Source: Amoebidium appalachense (Eukaryota; Protista; Ichthyosporea). Taken from it: a stretch of DNA of 64,000 nt. Positions 1 to 26,620 of the stretch are shown in pieces (the first letter of the stretch is position 1; each line of letters starts with the position of its first letter). The DNA lies in NCBI GenBank assembly GCA_963693365.1, contig CAVNZM010000017.1, positions 3,949,375 through 4,013,374 of the forward strand, written 5' to 3'. The position numbers were made by a program, and so were the translations under genes. The notes beneath the pieces are model-generated. The model saw nothing but the letters and a program-made list of their open reading frames with translations. It searched no databases and was not told where the DNA came from.

Positions 1-85
1 CCCCCCTCCCCCCCCCATCCCCCCCCCCCCTCCCCCCCCTCCCCTCCCCTCCCCCCACCCCACCCCCCATCCCCTCCATCCCTAC

Positions 86-783
86 CTTAGCCTCGAGTGT
101 GGTGCGTGGGTCCGTAGCGTCTGTTCCCGCCAAAGTCTCCAGGTGTTTTGCGTACTTTGCAGCCTTTGCAAGCTTAGCCCTCATGTGCTGGAGCTTGCGG
201 GGGTGGAAATCCTCGGCACGTGCTTCGTGTTTGAGTTGCGCAAACGCCCAGCAGCGCTCCGCTTGCACAAGGGGGATGAGGAGTTACCTGTGTGTGTGTG
301 TGGGGGGGGGGGGGGGGGGGGGGGGGGAGAGAGGGGGGGTGGTGGGTGGACGATGGGTTTGGGTGGATGGGTGGGGGGGGGGGGGGGGGGGGGGGCGGGG
401 TGAGGGGGTTTGGCGGGAGGGTGAGTGGGGATGGATGGGTAAGAGAATAGCCAGGTGTGAGTGTGTGTGTGGTGGTGGGGGAGGGAGGGGGGGTGGGTGG
501 GGTGGGTGGGGTGGGTCAGTGGGGGTGGGTGTTGGGTGTTTTTTGTTTCTTTCTTTCTTTTTTTTTTTTTTTTTTTTTGGGGGGGGGGGGGGGGGGTGGG
601 GGTGTGTGTGCGTGCGTGCGTGTGTGTGTGGGGGGAGGGGAGGGGGGGGGGGGGGGGGGGGGGGGTTGTTTGTGTGTGGGCGGGAGGGGGGGTCTTGAGT
701 GGGAGATGGAAGCACGATGGTGCTGGAGACGGCAGGAAGGCAGGGTGTGTATGTGTGTTGGTGTGTGTGTGTGTATATGTTTT

Positions 784-829
<46 letters not shown>

Positions 830-1202
830 CCGGGGGCAGGCAGGGTACATCACAGGGATAGCTGCAGGGGGTCGGGGTGGGGTGGGGGGGGGGGGGGGGG
901 GGGGGGGGTTGGTTTGACTCAGTAAAACGCACCTCGTGTCGGTAACCATTTCTGGGGTCAGGGGTTTGTCCACATATTTGTGCTTGCCGCACATGAAGTT
1001 GAGTGACGTGCGCACACGGTGCAGACGACGGGAACACTACTGCCTGTGGTTGGGAAGGGGAGTGTATGGTGTTAGTGGGTGATGAGTGATGGGTGGTGAA
1101 GTGACGTGTGGGAGGAACTATATATGGAAAAAGAGGGGAATACGTAAGGAAAAAATGTGTGTGGAGGCAGAGGGAGGTGGAGGGAGAGGGAAAGGGAGGG
1201 AG

Positions 1203-1233
<31 letters not shown>

Positions 1234-2941
1234 ATGGATGAAGGAAAAGGGAGGGGAAAGAAGGATGAATAAGGGAGGCGCGGGTGGAGGGGGGAGGGGG
1301 ATGAAGGGGGGGAGTGAGTGAGGGATTGTGAGAAAAGAGAGAAGGTTAGGGGCGAGGTTGGGGTGGGGAGGGGGGGGGGGGGGGGGGGGGAGGGGGATGA
1401 ACGAGCAAGGGAGGGACAGGGACGGAGGGGAAGAAGGGAAGGAGTGAGGGGGAAGGGGAGGGGCGTGGGGTGGAGTTAAAAGGGGAACGGAGGGAGGGAG
1501 GGCGGGGTGAAGTTGAAAGAGGGGAGTTCAAGGGGTGGGGGGTGGGGGGGGGGGATGGGGGGAGGGGGGGGGAAGTGGGGAGGAGAGAGAGAAAGAGGGA
1601 GTGAGGGACAGAAGACCGAGGGAAAGAGGCCGGGACGGTGAGAAGGGAGAAAAATGAGGGGGAGGTGGGGAAGGGGGAGAGGGACGGATGGAAGGGAGGG
1701 CGAGCGCGAGGTAAACAGAAGGAGTAAGAGAGAGGACTGTGTATGTGTGTGTGGACAGAGGCGTATGGTGAGTAACTGGTGAGTATGTGAGGGAAGCCAA
1801 AAGATCTAAGCGAGAGTGACAGAAAGTGGCAATGGATAGCAAAGTAAAAAGCGAGAGGATGAGCCAACCAGGAGAGGGGGGGAACAAATAGTACACTGGT
1901 TGTGGAAGGTTAACTGAGCAAAAACAATGGCCGAAATTAGGCAAGGATGTGCATGCAGTGGCAGCTGGGGGGGAGAAATTATTTAATATAGTGACGCAGG
2001 CAGTGATGAGAATGAAACTTCCATATGTGCAGTTATGGGCACTGGTGAGCCCCCAACCGCCTCCCCCTCCCCCCCACAAGCACTCATATCCTCCCCCACC
2101 CTCCTCCCTCCCCCCTCCCCATCCCCCGGCTCTCCCCTGCCCTTTCCTCAGTCTCCCACAACACTAATGCAGTTGCACCCCACCTGTAGCGTTGGTAGTC
2201 TCCGTGGCGCAAACCGTGCTGCAGCTGTGCATCCTTAATGGTTGCATGGACTGACATGGTTAAGGAAAAAGGCTGTAACAGTTTTCCCTTCTCTTTACAA
2301 AACCCCGATCACTTCATATCTACAAGAACTGCAACACCTGCTTATCGTCGTATCTTATAAAAGGTAAGCCCCCATGCCCCCCCCCCCCCCTCACCCTCCC
2401 CATCTCCTCACCCCCCACCCCCCCCCCCCACCCCCCCCCACTCCCCTCCCCCGATCTTCCTCTTTCACCAACCACGTAAGGTAGGAAAAAAAAAGGGGGA
2501 GAAAGTGGTTCCTGACAAGGTACAACGTGGACCGACCACTACCATATCAGCTACCGATGAGCCGGCCGAAAATGCAGCGGCGAATCTGCACACGCATCAT
2601 ACAGCGAGTTTCTTTCTTAAGTCTTCTAACTGCTGCCACTGTGACCCTACCTGTGTCTCTGCCTCTTACTTTCCATGCTGCTTAGTCAGAAATAAAGCTC
2701 TCTTCTGAACTGGTTAAATTCCAACCCTTGCCACCCATCCCCCGACCCCGAAACTCCTCTCCGTACCCTCTACCCTGTCTCTGCAGGTGTACAACCCCGA
2801 AACTACCCTCTCTCCTCCCATCCCCTTCAACCCCCGCTACCATCATATCGGTGATGTGGTTGAGTGGATACTGTTAAGAGAAAACTTTGCTGCCGGCGGC
2901 GCTGCGGCCTCCGTCGCAGGGGCCGTTGCGTCGACCTCCAT
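86..2941 (-). CDS. SRP68: Signal recognition particle subunit SRP68, 5' portion (gene runs off the left end of the window); two in-frame stops, possibly a pseudogene or null allele
   Basis: Exons 2941-2872, 2250-2184, 1043-933 and 287-86 have GT..AG ends and compatible phases. They give MEVDATAP..FSLNIHATIKDAQLQHGLRHGDYQRYRQ*CSRRLHRVRTSLNF..VTDTR*LLIPLVQAERCWAFAQLKHEA..RKLQHMRAKLAKAAKYA..DPRTTLEAK. This matches the SRP68 RNA-binding domain motifs HGLRHGDxQRYRxYCSRR, RYLxxxLxxAERAW and TxLEA. Stops are TAG at 1039-1037 and TAA at 286-284. Confidence 0.93.
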
Positions 2942-3723
2942 GGCGCCTATCCTATGACCTGTTTTGTCTGCCACAGCCTCGAAGTGCTTGCCACAGTGAT
3001 GTTTTGGTCAACGGTGCTTAGCTATAGACCACCACTGTACTGGCAGGCGAGTCGCAGCTGCCAGAGTCTGCGATTACATGTAAAAGAGCTTGAAACTTTT
3101 TTGGGTTAGTGACGTATGCTGTCGCCTACGTAAGTTCGCTTTCTTTAGACTATGACTGTGTTTTTGGTGATCCCCGGCCGGCGCCGGGCATGCCTACACT
3201 ACGGTTACGAGCCCGCGACATCATAATCGCCAATTCCTTTTATTTATTATTTTTCTTTTAAGGTTAACAGTATTTAAGTATTTGTAGGCCTGCCTGCACT
3301 TAAAATGACTAAATACAGCAATTCTAGATCTATGATTCAAACACAAACCATATGTATTCCCCTGTTCAAGTTGTGTATGCATCGAGAAGACTAATAACTA
3401 AAGTGAACAGTAGTTAATGTTTCGAGGTAAATAATGCAGCACAGCAATGAGACATGTACATAACGTCGTAGAAGCAGCCATTACGTACATCCACACAAGT
3501 GCGCCTGCCAGCTAGCATGCTGCAATTGACAAAGTACACGTAGATGGCCATGGACACACAGTAAACCGATTGAGTACGGATCACGCAAGGGATTATTAAC
3601 CTTGTACGACACATGAGCACTGTCTTTGCTCTATTTTTACCATTTTTTTGTTTGTGTGGTTCTTTTTTTTTTGGTTACATCTGAAAGTGTTTGGAGAGGA
3701 GAAAGGAAGAGAACGAAAGGGAA

Positions 3724-3755
<32 letters not shown>

Positions 3756-4075
3756 CTCTGTTGGATTTCTCGAGCAACGGTCGGGCTCTGTTTTCTCTAA
3801 ACCAGCCAACCATACTCAGCTGCTTTATTCAAAAATCTATATCTGATTCATTCACTGGCTCAGTATTATCACATTCATACAAACGGCACTTTCAAGATCT
3901 ACATCCTACATCATCAATCCACAGAGTGATATATATTTTATGGCATATAGCTCATACTCTAACAGTCAGCGTCAATTTGTGTTATTTGTGCTACATAGTT
4001 CTTGCCCATTCAAATTACTAGCAACAGTAATGTATGTATATTATCCTTCATGCTGTCACACCATCCCCCCTCCTG

Positions 4076-4137
<62 letters not shown>

Positions 4138-4174
4138 CACCAACACCACCCTCCGCTTCAGTACAATTGATCAT

Positions 4175-17696
<13,522 letters not shown>

Positions 17697-18828
17697 TCTG
17701 GTCACCACTTACAAGCTAGTAAAAAAAAAAATTGGGATGCCCCAGGGCAAGCTAGCTAGCCATTGCGATGTAATGTGCTGGGGGTTTTGAAGAGTTGCAG
17801 GTGTTGTGACGGCAAATAATGGGTAAGCTGGGCTCTGGCAGATAAAACGCCTTGCAAATGCACATTTATGGCATATACAAAGGAGTTTGATCGCCAGAAG
17901 ACACAACCATGGCAAATAAAAACGAACGAAGAATGCAAATGGCAATGTTGGATAAGGAAGATAATACCTTATACCCTATACTCTGATAAACCAGCTTTTC
18001 TGTTGTGGGCACTAGGCTACGTTTTACAGTTTTTGGAACCTCTCAAGCAGGTGTTTCTCCTCCGTAAAGGTACCCTAAGGCAGGAGCAGCTAATGGAGCT
18101 GGTGAGGTGCTATAAACGACCAGAAAATGGAAATACCAAGGTGCCTTATTAAGATATTAAGATATACATATACAGGGACAAGATGTGATAAAACATGATT
18201 ACAGTTGCGCCATGGAAGCAAGGCCTCCTAACCTCCTGAGGCCTTGCATGGAAGTTGTTTCCTGGGTGTGCAAGTCACTGTGCATGATCGTAACAAGGTC
18301 ATATTTTGGCGCCCTTTTTCATGCTCCAATCAAACAAGTCGTGTTGTCGGGGTGCAAAACACATTTTACACACACTTTTGAAATAACCTGTTTGTTTTAG
18401 AGTGATTTCCTAATCTTTTTGAGCAGTAAACAGTCCTTGAGAAGGACTCGGCCGAAAACCGGTATGTTTGGCTCACGATATTTCTTACCCTAAAGGCCAA
18501 TCACCCGGAGGCTACGCATCATCACTGCGCGGTTCCAGGGCAGTCTACTGAGTTATGTAGGACTTGTAACAGGCAGACAGGGTGTGTGAGGAGGCCTGCT
18601 GCTTTCGAATTTCTAACGTTTCAGTCACACGTATTTTCTTCAACAAACGTTAGCATATCGTTTTGCTTGCTACCAGTGACTAGATCTTTAAACTCAAGGG
18701 CACCCATATGGTGGCTGCTTCACTCTATGGAAAAGTAGATCCCTTTCGAAATAATAATCAAGCAGATCCTTCAAGTTGGATCTAACCACAAGGCTCTACT
18801 GCGCAGTCAGCAAGCTTGCAAAAGGAAC
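17697..18828. promoter_or_regulatory. Divergent (head-to-head) intergenic region between SMARCAL1 and the MFS transporter; likely bidirectional promoter
   Basis: About 1.1 kb, free of microsatellites, between two divergent ATGs; CCAAT at ~18326 and ~18497. Confidence 0.5.
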
Positions 18829-20529
18829 ATGGACACCACCAGTGGAGGTGCATCCAAGGTAAATTTCAAGAAATCCTACAGATTCTTCTTTTTCGGTGCA
18901 TCTTCGGTCTTGTTCTCGTTCTCAGAAAAAGAAGAAATATAATTTTGGAGCTTCCCATGCCAAAGCATGCAGTTCTTTCAATTAAAAGTGAGGAATGTTA
19001 GTAGAGGTCTAACTCTGATATACCGGTATTTTGCAGATGGCACCACAACTGTTTCCAGCCAAGGCCATGTACTTCTTCTTATGTGCAGGTGCCTCTTCTC
19101 TGTTCCCGTTTTTCCCTGTCATCTATCGTGATAAGGGGTTCAGCGGAGCTCAGATTGGGCTGCTCAGCGCACTTAATCCGCTAATTGGGTATGTCTACCA
19201 ACAACGGTTTCCCTTCTGCCTCACAATACCGTGTCTTTCGTTTTTATTGTTTGACCATCTAACTCGATTAGCATCCTAACTAGCCCTTCCCCTGCCTGCT
19301 CGTTCATGTATTTTATAGGGTATGTTTAGATCCTTTGATTTTGATGCTACACCTCGGCAACCATCTCAGCCCGATTCTTTTCCCGGCAGCTTCTTCGGGG
19401 CACCTATGCTTGGTGCCCTTGCCGACTACACAGGGGCACACCGCACCATCTTCATCCTGTTTATGGTCTTGGGCATGGCATCAAACGTGCTCTTGCTGTA
19501 CACCTCTACCTTTGCTGGTGTACTTGTGGTGGTAAGTCTGCGAAACTAAACTTTCAAACGTGATATTTGATGAAAAATAAATTATTCTGGAGTGAGTGTA
19601 AGAAACGGAAGTCTTGGGGAGATTATTATTTGACGCAGTGCGAACTCTTCTGTTGGAATTTCCGTGGTGCCTGGATATGTCTTTGTTGATACTGTGTTTT
19701 GGTTCTGCCAGGCTTTTGGTAGATGGTTGCATGTGCTTGTAGTTGTGGCCGTGCTCATCCCAAAAAATGAGAGTAGCGAGCGGGTGTTGGACAGGCATGG
19801 AACTCTTGCATCCATGCCGTTAGCCCCGTTGCACTCACATATTATAGCAACTTCCACTGACACACGTGCTCGCACGCATTCACATGCACACATGTCGGCC
19901 GAACGTAAACGCACATGCACACGCATACGCACACTCACACAGGTGTGCACACGCGTGTGCTTACACGCCGACATCTCATACACAAACACAAACACACACA
20001 CACACACATACTCAGGCACAAAAACACGCATGTACACCCACATTCACAACAAGAAAACACTTTCTGGCAGCCATCTTCCCGTGTTCCCCCCCCCCCCCCC
20101 CCCCTTTCCCCCCCCCCTCCCCCAGGGCCTCCCCTACATACATACACTCACATAGGCTCGCACTAAAGAAAGAAAGAAAAAAAGATAGAAAGGCAGTAAA
20201 GAGAGGGGGAGAGGGGCGGGAAGGGGGGAGTAGTTGGGGTGGGGGGGGGGGGGGGGGGGGGGGGGAGGGGGGGGGGGGGGGGGAGGAAAGGGGAAGAAGA
20301 GAGACCGACCGAGTTCCATACCGGAGGCTTACATAAGGAAAACAAAGTGTAGGGAGGTGATGCATGTTCTTTTTCTAACCGGGTGTCATTATTGCCAGCT
20401 TATCCTCAGCAACGTATTCCTCTCCCCGCTGATGCCCCTCGTGGACAATGCTGCTTTCCAGCTGCTTGGCCCAGAGAGCCACCAGAGCTGAGGTATGATG
20501 CACATGTTCCCCCCCTACCCCCCCTCCAG

Positions 20530-20598
<69 letters not shown>

Positions 20599-20736
20599 CA
20601 CACACACATACACACCGCGCACATGCACACACATCTGGATTGTGCTTGTTCCTCTGTTTCGTATTTTCTTTCCTTATGAGCACCCGCATTTTGGACCTCC
20701 TCTGTCCGTCCGTTCCACCCAGAGCCCCCCCCTCTC

Positions 20737-20789
<53 letters not shown>

Positions 20790-22267
20790 CCGGCCACTCT
20801 CTTCTTCTCTTTCTGCCTCTCTCTTCCCTTTTTCCCCTCCCTTCCTCTCTCTCTATTTCCCCTTCTCCTTTACCCTTCATATCTCCGTCCATCCCTCCCT
20901 CCCTCTCTCTGCTCCCTATCCTCTCCTTCCCCTCCACATACACACACACGCACACACACCACACCACCCCACCCTTGCACATCCACCCACCCACCCACCC
21001 AAACCTTCCCTCCCCCCCCCTTTCCCCGCTCTCCCCACCACCAGCACACACACACACACACACACAAAGACACACACCACACCGCCACCACCACCACCAT
21101 GCCTGTAGAACCCCCCCTCCTCCCCCAACCGCCTCGGTCACACTTGCACTTATTTTTCCTGCAGGCAAGGTGCGTCTCTGGGGAGCCATTGGGTGGGGGG
21201 GCATGGCCCCGTTGGCCGGGCTAGTGGTGACTCAACTTCATGCACCGGGGCTACACTTCTGGATCTATGTGGTTGTCAGTTTGGCTACCCTGCCCCTGGC
21301 TCCCCGGCTGCCCATGAGTGCAAAGCCCCACGCAGCTGATACCTGCACAAAAGGTATGCTTTTATGTGACAACTAAACAACTTCTCTTGGACCGGGAATA
21401 TTTCTTTGTATGGTAATTCTGGATGCCTAAAAAAAAAAGGAGATTTTGACCATATGATGGGCAAACCCGAATCATCACACATGTTGCCCCCTCCTGATCT
21501 ACGGGATAATGAAACGCGCCGGGGTTTTTTCTCACTAGGCATACTGGTGGAGGCAAAGGCAAAGCTGAGACAAAGTGAACTCGAGGATTTGATGTTTGTG
21601 TTTTTTCGTTTGTTTTTTAAAAAAATTAGAAAAATAAATAAAATAAAATAAATACAGTGGTTTCTGTATACGGCAAATGGAGAAGGAGGGGGCAGGTGGT
21701 GTTGTTGAGTAAGTGGAAATGCCAAAGGACACAAATAACCGATGTCTGGGTGACACTTACACCCTTTCCTACAGGTGAATCTGGCAACGTTAGCAGCAAG
21801 GCAGGCAAAGTAGGCGGCAAAAGCAAACCCCACAACGTTTTGCGGCTGGACGGAAGCAGTGAGGAATTGTCTGTGGACGAACAAGATGAAGAGGATGTAT
21901 TTATTAATAGCAACAGTGGTATGGTTATGGAAACTGTTTCTTTGAGCGGTGGAACTATAAAAAACATAAATACGCACGGGGGTGTATCAGCAAGCGAAAG
22001 CAGCAAGGTTGAATTGGGTGATGATGAAGAAGGGGAGAGGTCCGATGGAGATCAAGATGGTGAAAGGAGAGGAAAGAGCGAAAAGCCGTCAGTGTGGTTG
22101 GTCTTTGCTCTGTTCAAGAACCCTGAGGTGAGTGTGGGTGGGTGGGTGGGTGGTTTTGGGGGGAAGGGGGGGGGGGGGGGGGGGGCAGGGGGGGAGGAGG
22201 GAGGGGGAGTCTTGGGTGGTCGAGTGGGGAGGGTGGTTGGGTGGTTCGTTGGTGTGGGTGTGGTTGA

Positions 22268-22336
<69 letters not shown>

Positions 22337-22705
22337 CCCTCCGTGCGGGCCATCCGCCACTTTTTTGATGTTTATTTGGGCTTGGGAGTTGCTGCAACTC
22401 CCTTTGCATCTGCACCTCACTGCCAAACATGCAATGGCCATAGGGTTGACTACCACATGTACATAATGGGCATGTACGAACGTTGCAGATATTGGGTGAA
22501 ACATCTTTCATTGCGTGGAGCTAGTTAGTTGTCGTGTGCTGTTGTATCCTTTTTTATGTTTCTTTCAACATATTCTTTTGTGTGTGCGGTGTGTGTGTGT
22601 GTGTGTGTGTGGTTGGGGGGGGGGGGGGGGGGGGGACATTTTTGGTGGGTATTTACTTTTTTTCCTTTTTTTCCCCCTTTGTTATTACTATTATTTCCGG
22701 GGGAG

Positions 22706-22740
<35 letters not shown>

Positions 22741-23033
22741 ATCAATCACACCAATAATACCGACACATATCCCCTTCTCACATTTACAGGTGGTGACGTT
22801 CTTTGTGTGTGTGTGGATCATGGGGGCAGGGGCAGGGCTCATCAACAACCTCCTATTCTTGCACCTGGCCAATTTGGGCGGCACAGACACCCTGTTTGGC
22901 CTCAGTCTGACCTTCACGTGCGTCCTTGAGGTGCCTTTCTTCTTCTACTCGGAGCAGGTGCGTGCAGTGCAGTGTTGCATGATGGTATGTTATCCCCAAA
23001 TAGACAGCGGATTTTTATTTTTATTTTTTAATT

Positions 23034-23087
<54 letters not shown>

Positions 23088-23487
23088 ATTTGGGAGGGGG
23101 CTAACATAATAATAGAAGGTTAGTCTTGTTGCTTTGCCTGGCAACTTTGAATGCGAGTAAAGGCTGCAGGCCTATTGTTCCTACAAAGAGAATATAGCAA
23201 GAGCCACAAATGATTTCAAGAAATTCGAGTTTACGGAAGAAGATGTTGGGGACCGTGACATAGCTACAAATCGAGCTTGCAATTCGCCATTCCGAAAGGT
23301 CAATCTCCTGGTGTGCAGACACGCAGGAACACAGAGAGGAACACAGATTAGGACACACAGGCACGCACTTAGGCACACCCTTATCCCCTCTCAAAAGACA
23401 TTCACTCATATGCACCCGACTCACTCACACTCTTAACGTACCAGCTCAAAAACACACTCGTTCAGTCACTTGCTCAAAGCACTTACC

Positions 23488-23543
<56 letters not shown>

Positions 23544-23562
23544 ACACACGCGCACATACACA

Positions 23563-23644
<82 letters not shown>

Positions 23645-23934
23645 GATCATCAAGGGGCTGGGGGGTACCATGGGTGTTCTGCGTGTGACCTTTTGGGCCT
23701 ATGCGGCGCGTCTAATTGGCTACTCGCTACTAACCAATCCGTGGTGGGTGCTGCCCATCGAACTGCTGCACGGCATCACTTATGCTGCAATGTGGTCAGG
23801 TGGGTGAGGAGGTGGAGGGGAGGGGGGGGGGGGGGGGGGGGGGGGGGAGGTAGGGGGGGAGGGGGGGGGGGGGTCTTTCTTTTTTAATTTGTTTGTTCGT
23901 TTTCTTTTTTGTCCCCTTTTTTTTTGGGGGGGGT

Positions 23935-24016
<82 letters not shown>

Positions 24017-24739
24017 CAAAATACTGCTGCATGGCATCAAACATGCTGCCATGTGGCCAGGTGGTTGAGGGGGGGGGGGGGGATGGGGGTCTGTTTTGGT
24101 CTTTAATTTTTCAGGTTTTCTCGTTTTTGGTTTTGGTTTTTTGTTTGTTGCTTGTTTGTTTTCTTGGTTTTTGTTTTGTTTTGTATGTGTGTGGTGCGTG
24201 CATGTGGTTGTGTGGGTGGGTGGGTGGGTGGGTGTGGGTGGGTGTGGGTGGGTGGGTGTGTTTGGAGGGGAGGAGAGCCGGGGGAGGGGGGGGAGGGGGG
24301 GGGGAGGGGGGGCTGGGCGAGATGTTTGTGTAGAGATGTCTTGAGTTATTGTGAGGATGTGTGTTTTGCGTGCGGTCCCTCATGCCGGTTTTCGCAGCAG
24401 TTAGTTCGTGGGTATGTGTGCGTCTGTGTGTACACTGTGTGTGTGTGTGTGTCTTGTTTGCACTGCGGTTGGATAGTGTGTATTGTATGATTCACCTGCT
24501 CTCTTTTTTCCACCTTTACTTATAAAAACGAATGCGTACAACCGCAGTTGTGTGTATGTAATCTGTGTGTAAAACACACCCAACTTCCCTGCTTACCACC
24601 TGTTTCCCCTGCAGCATGCACGTCCTATGCCTATCTCTTGGCGCCACCAGAGCTTGGCGCCACCATGCAGGGCCTACTCACGGGTACGCCTCAAATCTCC
24701 ACACCCCTCCCCCCATTGTCGAACACAAATACACAATTG

Positions 24740-24821
<82 letters not shown>

Positions 24822-25243
24822 TGCAACACGAGTGTGCGCATGCACACGCACTGCATATGTGCACATGCACGGGTATAGTGCAGTCAGAGCAGTTACTGAT
24901 CACTTGATGTTCTTCGAGAAGGACCGAGAAAACATGCCGGCGGGCAAAGGGGAAAAGGGGGAGGGGGGGGGGGGGGGAGGGGATGGTGGTGTTATATATG
25001 ACGCCTGCATGTGCCTGCAGGTGTGCATGCGGGATTGGGTGCAGGCACAGGCTGCCTGGTGTCCGGGCTTCTCTACGACCTGATTGGTGGGTGCACGTAT
25101 CATGTTTATGCCTGTATAGAAGAACCGAGTGGGGTGGGGAGGGGGGGGGGGGAGGGGGGGGGGGGTAGGTTCATGTGAATGAGTGGGTGTGTGTGGGGGG
25201 GGGGGGGGGGGAGAAAGACGGGTGTGTGTGGTGGTGGGTGGGT

Positions 25244-25287
<44 letters not shown>

Positions 25288-26041
25288 AAAGGGCCCACAT
25301 ATGCACTGTCTTGCTTTAAGGGAACCTGACGAGGCCATTGATGTTAGTTAGACCTGTGTTGGTATGTATGCACCTGAGGGTCTAACAGAGCGCCGATTTG
25401 TTGGGTTGGACGGGGAGGGGGGGCTGGGTCGATGGGTGGGTGGGTGTTTTGTGGGGTTGGGGAGGGGAGATAGGGGTAAGCCTATTTTGCCCCCTTGGGT
25501 GTTAAAGTTTCCGTTTTAGTGCTGCATAGCAAGGCGATTCATCTCATGGGTGTGCCTGACATATGGGAGGCTGACTGGGGTTTATGTAGGTGCACCTAGA
25601 ACATTCCAGGTTGGAGCAACAATCATTCTGCTGGCCTTTGTGGCATTCGTGCTGGTCACTATGGTAGGGATCCTCCTCTTGTATTCCCTGATCCCTCCCC
25701 CCTCGATCTCTTTGTGTATGTTCTTTTTGGCGAAATTGCTCAACGTGAATTTGTTGTGAAAACGTATTTGGTAATGTTCTACGCGATTTTACACCTCCTT
25801 ACATACCCTGCCACATCCCACATGCCCCCAAACACCCACTCTCCCCCCCTCCTCCACGCTTCGGCTCCTGCGATTCCCTGTTTTCTTGTCGTATGTCGAT
25901 GGCAGTTGGATGGAAGAAAGGGAAAGCAGTGCATGGTGCTCGTGGGTGCGGGTGTGGGTGGGTGCGTGTCTGTGGGTGTGCTTGTGCTTGCACTTGTGCA
26001 TGTGTCTATTCCCGGGGGAAAGGTTTTTCTTTTTTTCTTTT

Positions 26042-26100
<59 letters not shown>

Positions 26101-26433
26101 GGGGGGGGGGGGTGGGAGGGGAGATGGGCTACATGCGACGGTACAGATGAAAGCGCCAGGGTTCTGTTTGTGTTGTCTTTGTGTTTTCTTTGTGTTTTCT
26201 TTATGTTTTCTTTGCCTTTGTTTTAGAAACTGGAAATGACATGGTTTGCTCCCTTCTGCCTCTCCTCCTGACTGGTTTTCTGCACACAGAAATGGGGTAG
26301 GACCAACACAGACAACACACGGTGGAGTGTCTGTTGTTGGCGGGGGAGAAGAGGGGATGTGGGCTACAGCAGGGTGGAGCTGGCTACAGCTGCAGATTGG
26401 GATGATAGGGAGGATGATTCTGGGGATGAATAA
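18829..26433 (+). CDS. MFSD6-like major facilitator superfamily transporter (MFS_1_like), 12 exons, ~544 codons, one in-frame TGA
   Basis: Exons: 18829-18858, 19037-19188, 19390-19531, 20399-20492, 21165-21353, 21775-22127, 22790-22957, 23646-23799, 24615-24683, 25021-25086, 25590-25663, 26290-26433 (TAA); total 1635 nt. Motifs: [97 protein letters not shown]. The first and last exons are less certain. Confidence 0.9.
24023..24070 (+). repeat. Diverged intronic copy of the MFS exon 8 tail plus splice donor
   Basis: 41/48 identity to 23762-23809. Confidence 0.85.
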
Positions 26434-26620
26434 TTATAGGACATGGGTAGGTGTGATTTGGAACGAATGGAAGGTTATGTGTGATCTGGAAAGAATGCAA
26501 TGCCTATCGCATGTTCTGGGCATCATGAAGAATAACTATGGGACATAGATTGGTGTGCTTGGGAACGAATGGAATGTTATGTGTGATCTGAAAGAATGTA
26601 AAGCCTATACTGTAATGTTG
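26428..26620. repeat. Two-copy ~100 bp tandem duplication spanning the MFS stop codon and 3' UTR
   Basis: GAATAA(T/C)TA..GGACAT..GGTGTG..GGAACGAATGGAA(G/T)GTTATGTGTGATCTG..AAAGAATG..GCCTAT occurs at ~26428 and ~26530. Confidence 0.85.

Noticed and set aside
20489-20491. Selenocysteine codon
   Set aside because: The position aligns to an aromatic residue rather than Cys, and no SECIS was recognised.
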